DNA of 64,000 bases from Callorhinchus milii (lineage: Eukaryota), in contig NW_024704749.1 in NCBI RefSeq assembly GCF_018977255.1, forward strand, positions 19,530,001-19,594,000. Direction: 5' to 3'. The position numbers and the translations under genes are program-made. Numbering within the stretch: the first letter of the stretch is position 1; every line of letters begins with the position of its first letter. Below the pieces are notes generated by a model, which worked only from the letters and a program-made list of their open reading frames with translations, ran no database searches and had not been told where the DNA came from. Positions 30,001 to 42,636 of this stretch are shown here, in pieces.

Positions 30001-33000
30001 TGTTGTCCTCCAGACGAGATGGGTAAGTGACATTTAACGATATTTTGCCTTTTCCAGCTACCAAATACTGACCTTTAACCTTCAGGGCTATGGGTAAACA
30101 AGTAGGGGTCAGCAGGTGCTCCTGTGCCTTTCATTATACAATAATAATGATAATCCTTGCATTAGACTTGGTGCCTTACCACGTCATTGACACGTCTCAA
30201 AGCGCTTTACAGGATTTTACTTTTTGTAGGCGGGGGGAGGTGGTAGGGGACAAGTTATTGAAAGTGCAGTCACAGAAATATAAATTTAGGTGGATTTGAA
30301 GGACGAGAGGGAGAGCACGAGATGGAAGGATTTTGAAGAGTGTCAGAGCGTAGGGGCAGCTGAAAAGGTCGACCCCCCCCCCCACCTACAGTGGGCTTGA
30401 AGCTGGCCAGAGTTGGTGAAGGGGAGAGAATGACCAGGGCAGCAGGAACATAGGAGATCGGAGATAGCGAGAGGCAAGCCCGTGCACGGATGTTTCTTAA
30501 TCTCACTATCCATTTCTCTCATCACATCCTCAGCTGCCGGGGCCACAATTCCTGCCCCTGGGTTGGGGAGGAGGAAATCAGCCAGGGTTCCCTATCCCGA
30601 GACCTCCTGCTGGAAAGGTGAGGAACAGCTGGGGGCTGGGATGCCCTTATGGTCAAATGCCCTGCTGACAGGCGCTGCCTGGACTCCACACCTGAATGGC
30701 CATTTGATTAGCATCTCCCAGCACCTTCAAGAGATAAACGAGGGAAAGAACAAAGAGACATTTCACCTCTTACCCAGATGAGAATAGACGGACTTGCTGT
30801 TGGAGACATGGACACTAGTGGAACCCGGGGGCACAGTCAGGAAGGTCACATACTCTGCCAACACAAAGTTAAGCAATGTCAGTGTCATCTTATACAAGTG
30901 GGGAACCAAACCATGTTATCTCCTGCATTGGAGTGTCAGCTATGTGGGGCTTGAACCCACAATCTACGACTGCGCCATGCTGACTGTTATAATAATATAA
31001 TAATAATCCTGGCATTTGATATAGCGCCTCATCACCTCTTCGAGAAGCCTGAAAACTCTTCACAGGATATACTGTAAAGTGAAGTGACTGCCAATTGCGC
31101 TCAGCAGTGTCCCATGAACAGTTGTGGATTGAATTGTGGATTTTTTTTGATGGAATTATTACCACCGGAAACACAATCTGCCAATCGACTAACGACCACG
31201 TTCGTACAAACAGAAGCGTGTGGAGTAAGGAAACCTGCCCAACGTTTCGCCCCGCCGGGAATCAAACCCAGGTCCTCTCGAGGCGAGTCCTCTAACCACT
31301 GAGCTACAGGACTCCACACTGTTGTTACCATCTTCTTCAGAATAAAGCTAAGTACTATGACACATACATTCGAGCAATTCTTAGCCAGTGAGGGACTAGC
31401 AGGAGTCAGTCTGTGGGACAGGGTACAGTCTGAGCTCACCTCGGGCAGCTCCTGCTGTGTACGAGCCCAACAGCTCCCTGCAGGTGGAGTTTTCACCCCC
31501 ACACACTCCACACACGTCCAGCACCATCCCAGACTCCAGCCTGCCATCACACCCAAACACCTGCCGGAGAATTCACACAAATACACTGCAACTGAGCCTC
31601 ATGCTCAGGACTCTTCAGTCGCGAAAGAAGATGCCTCAGAGGGAATCTCACAGAGGTGTATTACATTTTAAATGGGATTGAAAAGCTAAACCCGGAACAA
31701 TTGCATCAAGACAGTAGGACAAAAGGAACTAGGTTTAGAGTTCCAATTTCAGGACAGACACCAGGTAGTTTTTCTTTACCAGAGGGGAATTAACAACCGG
31801 AACTGGTTGCTAGGAAGGGTGATTGAGGCCAGGAATCTGGGGCTCATTTAGAAAGCAGTTCGGTGCTGTGCTGGGGAGGATGGAAGAGGGTGTGTTCTGG
31901 AAGGATAAGATCAGATAGGACGAGATGCCTTCTTCATCCAAACTGAGAGTGACAGAATATCAGATACCAGAAATGACACAGAGAGTAACAGTGGGGGTAA
32001 CAGAGAGTATCAGACACTGGGAGTGACATCGAGAGTAATAGACAGTGGGAGTGACACAGAGAGCAGCTGGCGGTAACATGATGAAGGTTGAGAAGCAGTG
32101 AAGACTTGTTACCTGGCAGCGACCTGCGACACAGACTCCATGCGAAGTGGCTGAGTCGGAGCTGCCCAGCTCGCACCTGGTCCCGTCCACAAAGAAGTCT
32201 CCCCGGCTCACCATGAAGCTCTTCCCCTCCACCCGGCACATGTACTTACACAGTGCATCACCTGCTCAGGAGTGGAGATGGAGGTGATTATTGGGCTCAG
32301 TACTGCAATTAATAAACCACAACACAATGAAGTTGCTCTCCACTGGTGATGACGATGATAATAAACCTCGCATTTGATATAGCCCCTTATCACGTCGTTG
32401 AGACGTCTCAAAGCGCTTCATAGAATATAGTGGAAAGTGAATCGACCTTATCATTTTGGACAAAAGGCGGCAGCCAATTAATAATAATGAATAATAACTG
32501 CATTTGATACAGCGCCTTATAACATCATCAAGAAGTCACAAACTGCTTCATAAGATATACTGTAAAGTAGATTTGACTGTGCGCGGGTTTTGTGGTGAAA
32601 CGCGGTAGCCACTTTGCGCACTTCAGTGTCCCACAGACAGCCATGAAGTGAGTGACCGATATTATTTGGGGGATTTGTTGGCCAGGACAGTGATGAGTCT
32701 CCTATCTTCCCTGTTACTCTCCACTGGTGAGGAGTTTTTCTATGCTCTCTTTGGAGGATGACTGAAGGATTACCAGTGGCGTAGCCGAGTGCTGGGAGCC
32801 ATTTATAGTAAACGGGAACCTTCTCGGTCAGGTAAAGAGGCTGTGAATTAGTGTCTGAGCACTGGCGAGACATGAAGTCCAACTGCATCTCCCAACAAGG
32901 CTGCGGGGAGAGAGAGAGAGAGAGAGAGAGAGAGTAAAAGAGCATTCCAAAATAAACGTCAACTAGGTGAGAGATGTCAGTACCTGGCAATGAATTATTT

Positions 33001-36000
33001 CCCATTTCAGACACCCATTGTTGAGAACAATAATACTCTACTGAATTAGGTAAGCAGGGAGCATCCTTTCAGTGACAGAGTGCGCATTCCATTCCAGACA
33101 TGGGAATTTCCACGTGTAGGTGGGATGCACAGGAACTCTCATTCTAGTTTGGATACTCTTAAGCATGGTGATGAGTTTCCGCCCGAGTCAAATACTCAGC
33201 TGACCAACAAAAATGCAGAGCAAAGCGAGCTCCCTCTACACTCTCCATCCAGCACTCCCAGGTCAGCTACAGCTCCCAGGTTACATACAGAGTACAATGT
33301 CCCACCCACCACCCCAAATTCCACTGGTGTTAATTGTGCCTGAATTTTCAGGGTAGTTCCTGATTGTGGCAGTCAGTCCAACCACAGCAATAAATAAACA
33401 TCTCAGCATTCAAGTACCTTCTTTGGAATATGAAGCCCCCATTAAACAGGGGTTGTTCACCAATTAGTAACAATCCTTGCATTTGTTTCTGCGCCTATTG
33501 TGTGAAAATTTCTCAAAGTGCTTCAGAGGGAATTGTTGTCAACTGCAGTGACTGCATTTACAGCAGACCCAAAGCCCATTTGCACACGCCAAGGTCCCAC
33601 AAACAGCCATGAAGTGAATTAGCGATTTAGCTGAAATGTCGCTGGTTAGGACGGTGTTGAGTTCAGGAATGGTTGCGTCTACACTCCTGTCTCTGGTGTG
33701 CAACCCGCTCAATCTTACCTCTGTGTTGCACATGTCTGCATGCAGTTGTGATCCCTCGCAGGTGCGCCCACCAAATGCCGGCCTAGAAAAACCCAAATCG
33801 AAGAGACGTAGGAATCAAAAGGAATGGAAAAGATTACTGTGACACCCGCGAGCAGTCCCAATAAAGTCAAAAAACAATAACCCAACTCACCTCTCACACT
33901 TCTCAACCCATTTCCTCACCAAACAGCTAATTCCCTCTTGAATTTTGTGACACAATGACCAATTGTTTTCAAGGAATTATTATTGCCAGAAAAGCAATCC
34001 GCCAATCGACGAACAACTGGGTTCCTACTTACTACTAAGTAAACAGAGGCATATGGGGTAAGGAAACTTGCCCAGCGTTTCGCCCCTCCTGGGAATTGAA
34101 CCTAGGTCTCTTGCTTGTGAGGCGAGTGCTCTAACCACCGAGCTGCAGGACTCCACTTTACCTTGGGTTGTTACACTGCCGGTGTCTGAGAGTCACCCCT
34201 CCCCCACATGTTCGTGAGCAGTCACTCTGTGGGCTCCACCTGGACCAGGCTCCGTGAACAACTCCGATCGGCCCAAGGTCACCCAGGGAGGTGCAGCTGC
34301 TTTTTAAGCACCACTGAAACACAGACATTGCAGCCCTAAATCACCCTCTTAGTACAATTCTTGCTTTTGATACAGCGCCTCATCACTTTGGTGAAACATC
34401 TCAAAACGCTCTTCACAGATTGTAGGCCTAGCCAGTGACTTATAATTTATAACCTCACCGAACTGCTAGGTGAATGCAGCAGGCAATTTGAGCACAACAA
34501 TGTCCCTCACCAAGCCCTGAAGTGAATGACCCATTTTATATTTGGGGGATCATTGGATAGGACACTGGGAGACATGGTAGGGCAAATACTCATAATAATA
34601 ATAATCCCTGCATTTATTACATCTTCTAGACGTGTCAAAGTGCTTCAAATGGCTCCCTTCTATGCATAAAATGTCTGTTTATCAGGGTTTTGAAGACAGA
34701 CTGTACCTTGTTCGGGCCGCATTCTGTCCCATCCAACAGAGGAATAAACAGCCGGGTACACACTGAGTGATCGAGGGGGTCGGTGTGGCAAGACAGAACC
34801 TTACACATGTCCTGAGTAGAAGGAAAGCACCAGCATGTTAGTTATTTGTTCCACCTTATCATATCAAAATATCCCACAAGCATTCACAGCAAGTACTCCT
34901 GAATGTCATGATGACTTAGTGTCCGCCTGGCTCAGTTGGTGTAATAATACTTGCATTTGATACAGCGCCTTATCACGTCTTCGAGACGGCTCAAAGAACT
35001 TCACAGAATATACTGTAGAGTGAATTGACTGTATATTTTGTGGGCTAAATGTAAGCCCCTGACCACAAACCAGGTGTCTGCATCTCTCTGGATCTGTTTT
35101 ATGTTTCTCTACGGCTGCTGGGAGAGGGTGGGATAAGGAGTCATTCATTCCCTTTTGAGTCCACTCACGATTTTGTCCACGCACAGACCAATTGTAAATG
35201 CATTATCTTGGGGGAGGGACACATACACATCACCAGTACATACAGCACACTACACATTACGATGTGAAAAGCACCTACGATGTCCTGGCTGTTGAAGGTG
35301 CAGGCGGAAGCCTTGTCCCCAAAGGCGATCTTGCACTGATCGTCCGCTCCGTAGTACAAGCCCGGCTTCCGGCCAGAAAGATACAACTCTGTGGCCGGGA
35401 GATCCCTCAAGCACGTAGCTTGCTCTGTGCTGCCAGAACCATCATAGCCAGACAAGTGAAGAGAGAAACCGATATTAACTGGAGGTGAATTGAGCCCAGT
35501 GTGGCAATCTGACTGTCTGTCTATCGCTGGTTTCCCGTGTAAAAAGTCACGAAAATAATGACAATCCCTGAGTTTGATCCAGCATCCGTCGTATCGAAAT
35601 ATCCCAAAGCGTTTCATAGGGAGTTGCTCTAAAGTGTAGTTTGTCGGCAAAAGCAGGAGTGAATTTACACACAGCAACGTCCCTCCACGAGGTGAATGAT
35701 CGATTTATCAAGAGGACTGCTGGTTAAGACGCCGAGAGAAGCTCCTTTCTTTTTTCCGAAAGGGAAGTTTAACATCCACAGCACCTGCAAAGTGCAACGC
35801 TGCCCACAGCACTGTGCTGAATGTTGCGTGTCAGCTTGGCTCAGTGCTAGCGCACTAGCCTCGGAGTCGGAAGGTTGTGAGTTCGAGCCCCACATTGGAA
35901 CTTGGAATCGCACAGTCTAAGCTGATGCTCCAATGCAGTGATGAACGTGTGCTGCATTATCGGAGGTGCCATTCTTCGGATGAGACGTTAAACTGAGATG

Positions 36001-39000
36001 GGGCGTCTGACTGTTCAGGTTAACATTAAAGATCCCATGGAGCTATTCTCTTTCTCTCGGTGTCCTGGCCAACAATCCCCCAAATCAAATTGGTCACTCC
36101 ACTCCATGGCTGTTTATGGGACATTCCTGTGTGCAAACTGGCTGTCGCGTTTCACCCACAAGACACACAGTCCATCCAGTTTACCATGTGTCCTTTGAAG
36201 CGCTTGGAGACGTCTCGACGACGTGATAAGGCGCTAGATCAAATGCAAGGATTATTATTAATTCAATAGCGCACTGGGAGCAACTCGAGAGCATTGCCAC
36301 GTCAGACCCTCGCCCATCCCACCCCACCCTCCAGCCCGGCTTGTCGCTGTGATAGGAGATGGGTGCGATTCATCCCTCACACCCAACCATCAGCTATCGC
36401 AGTTGAACACAACACGGAGGTACCTACCAGAGAAAGGTTACAAAGCGCTCTCTGCTGCACTCGGACCAGGTCAGGTCCACGCTGTTGTAGCCGCCCTCTG
36501 CCGCCATGATGTGGCCGTTCCCTGTGCATTCGTTGCCCTCCCCGTCGTGTCTAATGCCAAAACTGCCAATGGGAGGAGAAAAGCCAAAGACCGTATCATC
36601 TGGGGTGCTAATGAGGTGCCAGGCCCCGGAATTCCTGCGCATCCATCCCCCACCACTCACCTGTGACCGATCTCATGAGCCATGGTGATGCCGAGGTTGA
36701 AGCCAGTGTCCTCAGTTATGACACAGCTCCAGGTGTGGGAGCACAGGCCCCCCAGTTGTGTCACCCCCCGAACCAGCTGGTTGCCATTGTCAGATTCCAG
36801 GTCAAACCTCACAGAAGAAAAAGCACGGCAGATTGGGACACATTGGAACACGGCAAAAACACACAAGAGCATTTACACACGCCAGCCAAGTGATCCCAAC
36901 GGGAGGGGTGACTCCAACACCCGGGTTCACTAACCTGGTGACAAACAGGACAAGATCAGCGTGCAGAGGCTCAGAGTCCTTCTCGGGGTTAATCTTTCTG
37001 CTCCATTGACATACACCAATCAGTGACGAGGTGAGGTTGGTGGTGATTGTGACTTCTGGCTGCAAGAGAGAAGAGTTTAGCACAGGTGTGTGACAGGTGA
37101 GTTGCTCTCTGGAGTATAGGCGGGCAGGCCTTCAGCCTCTCTGCCCCCACTCTCTGGAACTACATCCCACAGTCCCGGCACCTCGCCCCCTCCCTTGCCT
37201 CCTTCAAGACCCATCTCAAGACCTTCCTCTTTGACCGTGCCTTCACATCCCTACCCTCCCCACCCTCCACCCCTCCTAATCCCAACCACCGGCTCAATTG
37301 CGGATCCCTGATTGTCCAGCGCTTCCTGACGTGAAAGACGCTGTACAAATGTAAATTGTTTTGTTGTTCTATGACAGGTCAGTTGCTCCCTATAATACAA
37401 ATGAGGGCGATTACTCTGTGTAGAGCCCAGGTCGGTGACAGGTTAGTCATGCAATGTTTGTTAGGAGTGACCTGCATCAGATCCGGTACCTCTGGCTCTG
37501 TCAGTATCAGCATCTTGATGAGATGGACTCGGAGTTGAGCACCGATAGACGGCTGCCGGAGGAGCTCTGCGGCCTGTGACAAACACGACACAAGAGACGA
37601 GCTCAGACACTTCCTGTGAGGTGCCCAGCACCAGTTCAACGCCAGCGAAACCCATCGGGCGGCAGAAACACTGAACTCAACACAAAGCCCGGATTCCTTC
37701 AGGGCATGAGCACTGCTCCACTGTGTGGGGAAGCTCTGCTTGTACTTCCCTCACACTCCAGTACAGGGTAATAAGCGGCTAGCTCTCTCTCTCTCAGACC
37801 CTCTCCATTGGGACCCTCCCCAGACCCTTCCCCCCACTCCCCCAGCCCCTCTTGCAATCACTCACGATGTTGAGGTTGGTGAGCACGTAGCGCTCGGTGT
37901 CCTGTTTGTGAAACTGGTAAACGTCGTGTCCCACCACCACAAGCAGCTCCAGGTGCTTGGTATCCTTGATGGATCTCGCTCTCACATGAGAGGAGCTGGC
38001 TCGGGCTGCTGCGTTCAAGCACAAGAGAACCATTCTCAGTTTTGTACCCGGAATCACCCATTCGCTTCACACTCCGAAGACAAGACTCGAGGTTCTGTGA
38101 GAGGCTTTCCTCAGACTGTCAATTAGAATCTCCTCCCACAAACAGTCGTGGATTGAATAACCAAATTATTATTTGGTCCAAAGGCTTACTGGTGCTGGCC
38201 GGATGCTGAAGGACGTCACATCAGTCAGTGAGTATCGGGAAGTGGGTGAGACACGGAGCCAGGGGCTTCCTAGTCCTTCCCCAAGACAAGGTGAATGTAA
38301 ATCTTCTGCGCTGCTGGAGGTCAGTGATCCTAGTACAGTCACATCCAGGCCAACACCAGGCAAACACACAGCATTAAAGCAAAGAATCCCAATGCGAAAA
38401 ACACCTTCCCTATGTGTAGAATCCCAATGAACCAGATTCAGATAGGCAGATTAATAATAAAAAGGGCAAGGGCATTAAAAAAAAACATACAGACAGACAA
38501 GATGGGCTTTGTTCTGTGCTGAAAATGTCTTTGTTAAACACACAACACATTGTGGTGATTCCTACCCCATAATATCATTGCAAAAAAGACACACTGTTGT
38601 TCCTGCTCTGCTCCCCTCTCCTAAGACAACTACAAATTAGGCCAAATTCCTTTTCATGAAGACAGCCCCTCCACACCCTCTTTAATAAGCCACTTGATCA
38701 CATCCCTTCAAGATCACAAGAGGCATGGATCAAAAGACCCTCGAGTTGTTTGATCTCACCCATATATCTGGGCAGTAACGGATAAACATTCTTTAAGAAG
38801 CAAATTAGCGCATTTTAGCTTTAGCACATTTAATAATTTAAACTTCTCTGGGGAAAAGTGTTTGCAAATGTGAGCTGTACCTTCATTCCTTGAACTAGTG
38901 CCAAAATAAGATCGATCTGTTTCCCTCGGCCACAGGACAGTCTAAAAAGCAGATTGTAACAAGCTGGTATTAGACAAAAGACACAATTTTCTATGTATTT

Positions 39001-39297
39001 TCAGCCTTTGACTAACTTTTTTTTCAACCTCTGTCCACCATTTTCTCCGCATCAGGTCCTTCAGCTTTTTACTTTGGTGATAGCAACTATGATAATAATA
39101 AACTCTAAGAGGGAAGCTTGGTGACTGGTAGCACCCCGACTGGTAAGATTGGCTTGATCTAACGATACTTTTATTTAATAACGATAATTGTTAACCTTAG
39201 CAGTTTGGTTTTCTGGTTTTACCTGGTTCAGAGATGTCCACACCCATGTGAATTGAGTTAAAAGTAGCAGAGCTGTGATGGGGAATGAGAGACTCAT
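21080..39297 (-). CDS. ADAMTS13: ADAMTS13, von Willebrand factor-cleaving protease, 29 coding exons, about 1376 aa
   Basis: Exons (5'->3' on minus): 39297-39223, 38941-38881, 38008-37866, 37573-37490, 37059-36935, 36807-36661, 36562-36428, 35429-35279, 34811-34707, 34313-34162, 33782-33719, 32900-32774, 32261-32113, 31560-31440, 30854-30774, 30087-29906, 29213-29078, 28561-28432, 27689-27510, 27241-27037, 26435-26306, 25792-25663, 25131-24955, 24680-24476, 24063-23796, 23458-23312, 22899-22723, 22227-22049, 21244-21080 (4131 nt, in frame). Encodes a signal peptide, HLELLVVVG, zinc motif HEIGHSFGIRHD, disintegrin-like domain, TSP1-1, Cys-rich domain with RGD, spacer, TSP1-2 to 8 and two CUB domains. 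Exon 2 and the donors at 27037 and 23796 are the least certain. Confidence 0.93.
30998..31317 (-). mobile_element. tRNA-derived SINE copy (ADAMTS13 intron)
   Basis: Full reverse-complement head (tctaaccactgagctacaggactccac), core and (tta)n tail. Confidence 0.8.
35820..36262 (+). mobile_element. Second SINE type, near full-length
   Basis: gtcagcttggctcagt...gagtcggaaggttgtgagttcgagccccac tRNA-like head, cttcggatgagacgttaaa, aaagatcccatgg, Deu-type core, shared tail gataaggcgct..atcaaatgcaaggattattatt. Confidence 0.7.
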
Positions 39298-39761
39298 TCT
39301 GCTGTCCTTAAACCCTTTGCATCGTGAAAAGAAAGTAAAGATACCCCATGGAAAAGTCCTCTCCCACAAGCCGTGGAACCCAGCTCAAATACCCTGAAGT
39401 AGTTCTGTTAGGGTTAGCAGTTAACTCAGTCCGAACTCAGGAAATCTGTTTCGTCCAATGCCTTCCGGACTTTTTCTGCTCTCTCCCTCTCTAAAAATTA
39501 CACAACCCTCTTCCCTGAAACCACAAATCACTAACATGAGTACAATCATTCACGGTTGCCAAGTTAAGAAATTCACTGTTGACAATGGAATAAAAACACA
39601 CACAACACAAAGATTGCATCTATAGGGCACTGAACAAAAAAAACAAATTTTTTCACATGAATGATAATTCATAAAAATATTAATCAATCTCACCGAGACA
39701 ACAATAGGGTTAGATAATCCTTGCATTTCATATATAATATAGACATGGAGGCCTGTCGGCG

Positions 39762-41085
39762 GTGTCAGTGTATGGGGTCAGTGTTTGGGTCAGTCAGTGT
39801 ATGGGATCAGTGTATGGGGTAAGTCAGTGTATAGGGTCAGTGTTTGGGGTCAGTCAGTGTATGGGGTCATTCAGTGTATGGGGTCAGTGTTTGGGGGTCA
39901 GTCAGTGTATGGGGTCAGTGTATGGGGCTCAGTCAGTGTTTGAGGGTCAGTCAGTGTATGGGGCCAATGTTTGGGGTCAGTCAGTGTATGGGGTCAGTGT
40001 TTGGTGGTCAGTCAGTGTATGGGGTCAGTGTTTGGGGGTCAGTCAGTGTTTGGGGGTCAGTCAGTGTATGGGGTCAGTGTTTGGGGGTCAGTCAGTGTAT
40101 GGGGGTCAGTCAGTGTATGGGGTCAGTGTATGGGGTCAGTCAGTGTATGGGGTCAGTGTTTGGGGGTCAGTCAGTGTTGGGGTCAGTCAGTGTATGGGGT
40201 CAGTGTTTGGGGGTCAGTCAGTGTATGGGGGCAGTGTTTGGGGGTCAGTCAGCGTATGGGGTCAGTCAGTGTATGGGGTCAGTGCTTGGGGGTCAGTCAG
40301 TCTATGGGGTCACTGTTTGGGGGTCAGTCAGTGTATGGGGGTCAGTGTTTGGGGGTCAGTCAGTGTATGGGGTCAGTGTTTGGGGGTCAGACGGGGGGTC
40401 AGTGTTTGGGGGTCGGTCAGTGTATGGGGTCAGTGTTTGGGGGTCGGTCAGTGTATGGGGTCAGTGTTTGGGGGTCAGTCAGTGTATGGGGTCAGTGTTT
40501 GGGGGTCAGTCAGTGTATGGGGGTCAGTGTATGGGGTCAGTGTTTGGGGGTAGTCAGTGTATGGGGGTCAGTGTTTGGGGGTCAGTCAGTGTATGGGGGT
40601 CAGTGTTTGGGGGTCAGTCAGTGTATGGGGTCAGTGTTTGGGGGTCAGTCAGTGTTTGGTGGTCAGTCAGTGTATGGGGGTCAGTGTTTGGGGGTCAGTC
40701 AGTGTATGGGGTCAGTGTTTGGGGGTCAGTCAGTGTATGGGGTCAGTGTATGGGGTCAGTCAGTGTATGGGGTCAGTGTTTGGGGGTCAGTCAGTGTATG
40801 GGCGTCAGTGTTTGGGGGTCAGTCAGTGTTTGGGGGTCAGTCAGTGTATGGGGGTCAGTGTTTGGGGGTCAGTCAGTGTTTGGGGGTCAGTCAGTGTTTG
40901 GGGGTCAGTCAGTGTATGGGGGTCAGTGTTTGGGGGTCAGTCAGTGTATGGGGGTCAGTGTTTGGGGGTCAGTCAGTGTTTGGGGGTCAGTCAGTGTATG
41001 GGGTCAGTGTTTGGGGGTCAGTCAGTGTATGGGGGTCAGTGTTTGGGGGTCAGTCAGTGTATGGGGGTCAGTGTTTGGGGTCATC
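39762..41085. repeat. G/T-rich compound minisatellite (units gtcagtgtatggg, gtcagtgtttgggg, gtca)
   Basis: About 1.3 kb of uninterrupted tandem 13-18 bp variants; the long ORFs over it are low-complexity artefacts. Confidence 0.95.
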
Positions 41086-41089
41086 AATC

Positions 41090-41400
41090 AGTGGAGTGAA
41101 GAGACCGGAAGCGGCCGCTTTGTGGAGGCACCGCGCGCGGGTCGGAGGCATTTACTGGTGGCGTTTCCGGTTTGGGAGACCGGCGCGTGTGTGAGTGAGT
41201 GAGAGGGAGAGAGAGAGACGCGCGCACTCGGGGCATCGCAGAGAGTAACAGACAGAGGTATTCCCGGGAATTCTTGTGTACATTTCTTTTCGGGAGAGGA
41301 GGGAAGTTTGGGCGGGAATTCTAGTGCCCGTCAGAGGTTTTCCTGGCGGTGTCGTTGGGGAAATGAGGGCGGAGGACAGTTACCCCCAACGCACACTCAG
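41090..41400. promoter_or_regulatory. CpG-rich promoter and probable non-coding first exon of REXO4, head-to-head with ADAMTS13
   Basis: CpG cluster with ETS motifs (ACCGGAAG ~41104, TTCCGGT ~41165) and candidate donors GTGAGT (~41191) and AG|GTATTC (~41258). It lies between the ADAMTS13 ATG (39297) and the REXO4 ATG (42637). Confidence 0.6.
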
Positions 41401-41433
41401 GGCTTTCAGCGTAGTGATGGGCTTCTGCATGTG

Positions 41434-42269
41434 ACCCCCTCTTTCCCCCCCACACCACACCCCCCCCTTCCCCCCCACACACCCCCTTTCCCCCCCACAC
41501 ACACCCCTTTCCCCCCCCACACACACACCCTTTCCCCCCCCACACACCCCCTTTCCCCCCCACACACCCCCTTTCCCCCCCACACACACCCCTTTCCCCC
41601 ACAACACACCCTTCCCCCACACACACCCCTTCCCCCCCACACACACACCCTTTCCCCCCCCACACACACCCCTTCCCCCCCACACACACCCCCTTTCCCC
41701 CCACACACACCCCCTTTCCCCCCACACCCCCTTCCCCCCCCCACCCCCCCCCACACCCCCCTTCCCCCCCCACACACCCCCTTTCCCCCCCACACACACC
41801 CTTCCCCCCCCCCCCTTCCCCCCACACACACCCCTTCCCCCCCACCCCCCCCCCACACACCCCCTTTCCCCCCCACACACACCCCCTTTCCCCCCCACAC
41901 ACCACCCTTCCCCCCCACACACACCCCCTTTCCCCCCCACACACACACCCTTTCCCCCCCACACACACCCTTCCCCCCCACACCACCCCTTTCCCCCCCC
42001 ACACACCCCCTTTCCCCCCCACACACCCTTCCCCCCCACACACACCCCCTTCCCCCCACACACACCCTTTCCCCCCCACACACACACCCTTCCCCCCCAC
42101 ACACCCCTTCCCCCCCACACACCCCCTTTCCCCCCCACACACACCCCTTTCCCCCCCCACACACACCCTTCCCCCCCCACACACACCCTTCCCCACACAC
42201 ACACCCTTTCCCCCCGCCCACACACCCCTTTCCCACACAACCCTCCCCCTTTCCCCCCCTCCCACCCCA
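41434..42269. repeat. C-rich minisatellite (~22-bp unit ccctttccccccccacacacac); G-quadruplex-prone on the minus strand
   Basis: About 830 bp made almost solely of C runs with acac/ttt spacers. Confidence 0.95.
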
Positions 42270-42636
42270 ATAAAAACTAGGGTTTTTTTTAATAGGGATA
42301 ATGATGGAGAAATAATAGACCGGGAGCGTCGCAGGGCGTCCTCTTTCCACGAAAGGCGCTGTCACAACCGCAGAGCATGTTGTCGCAGTGTGAAAGGGCG
42401 TCGGTTGGGACGTGACAAGGATCTAAAGCGGAGGCACGATAGGGGTAACTGGGAACATAAGGGGCACTGGGGGAAAAAAAATAGTGCCCTCACAAGCCTC
42501 CAAGGGACGAAATGCCTTCCAGCCGCGCTCGTGATTCACCCCCAATCATCCTGGGGCTATGCTTGTCACTGATTTCCCCCAATTAATGTGTCCACAGTGA
42601 TGACCGTTTGTGCGCCCAGTAGCCGATGAACAGAAA

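Noticed and set aside
38169-38369. Open frame [11 protein letters not shown]...SIRPAP as an extra ADAMTS13 exon
   Set aside because: It would end in phase 0 while exon 3 begins in phase 1; treated instead as a possible pseudoexon.
39762-42365. Long ORFs (180-452 aa) rich in G/V/S or P/H/T
   Set aside because: Stop-free translations of minisatellites in several frames, with no splice or homology support.
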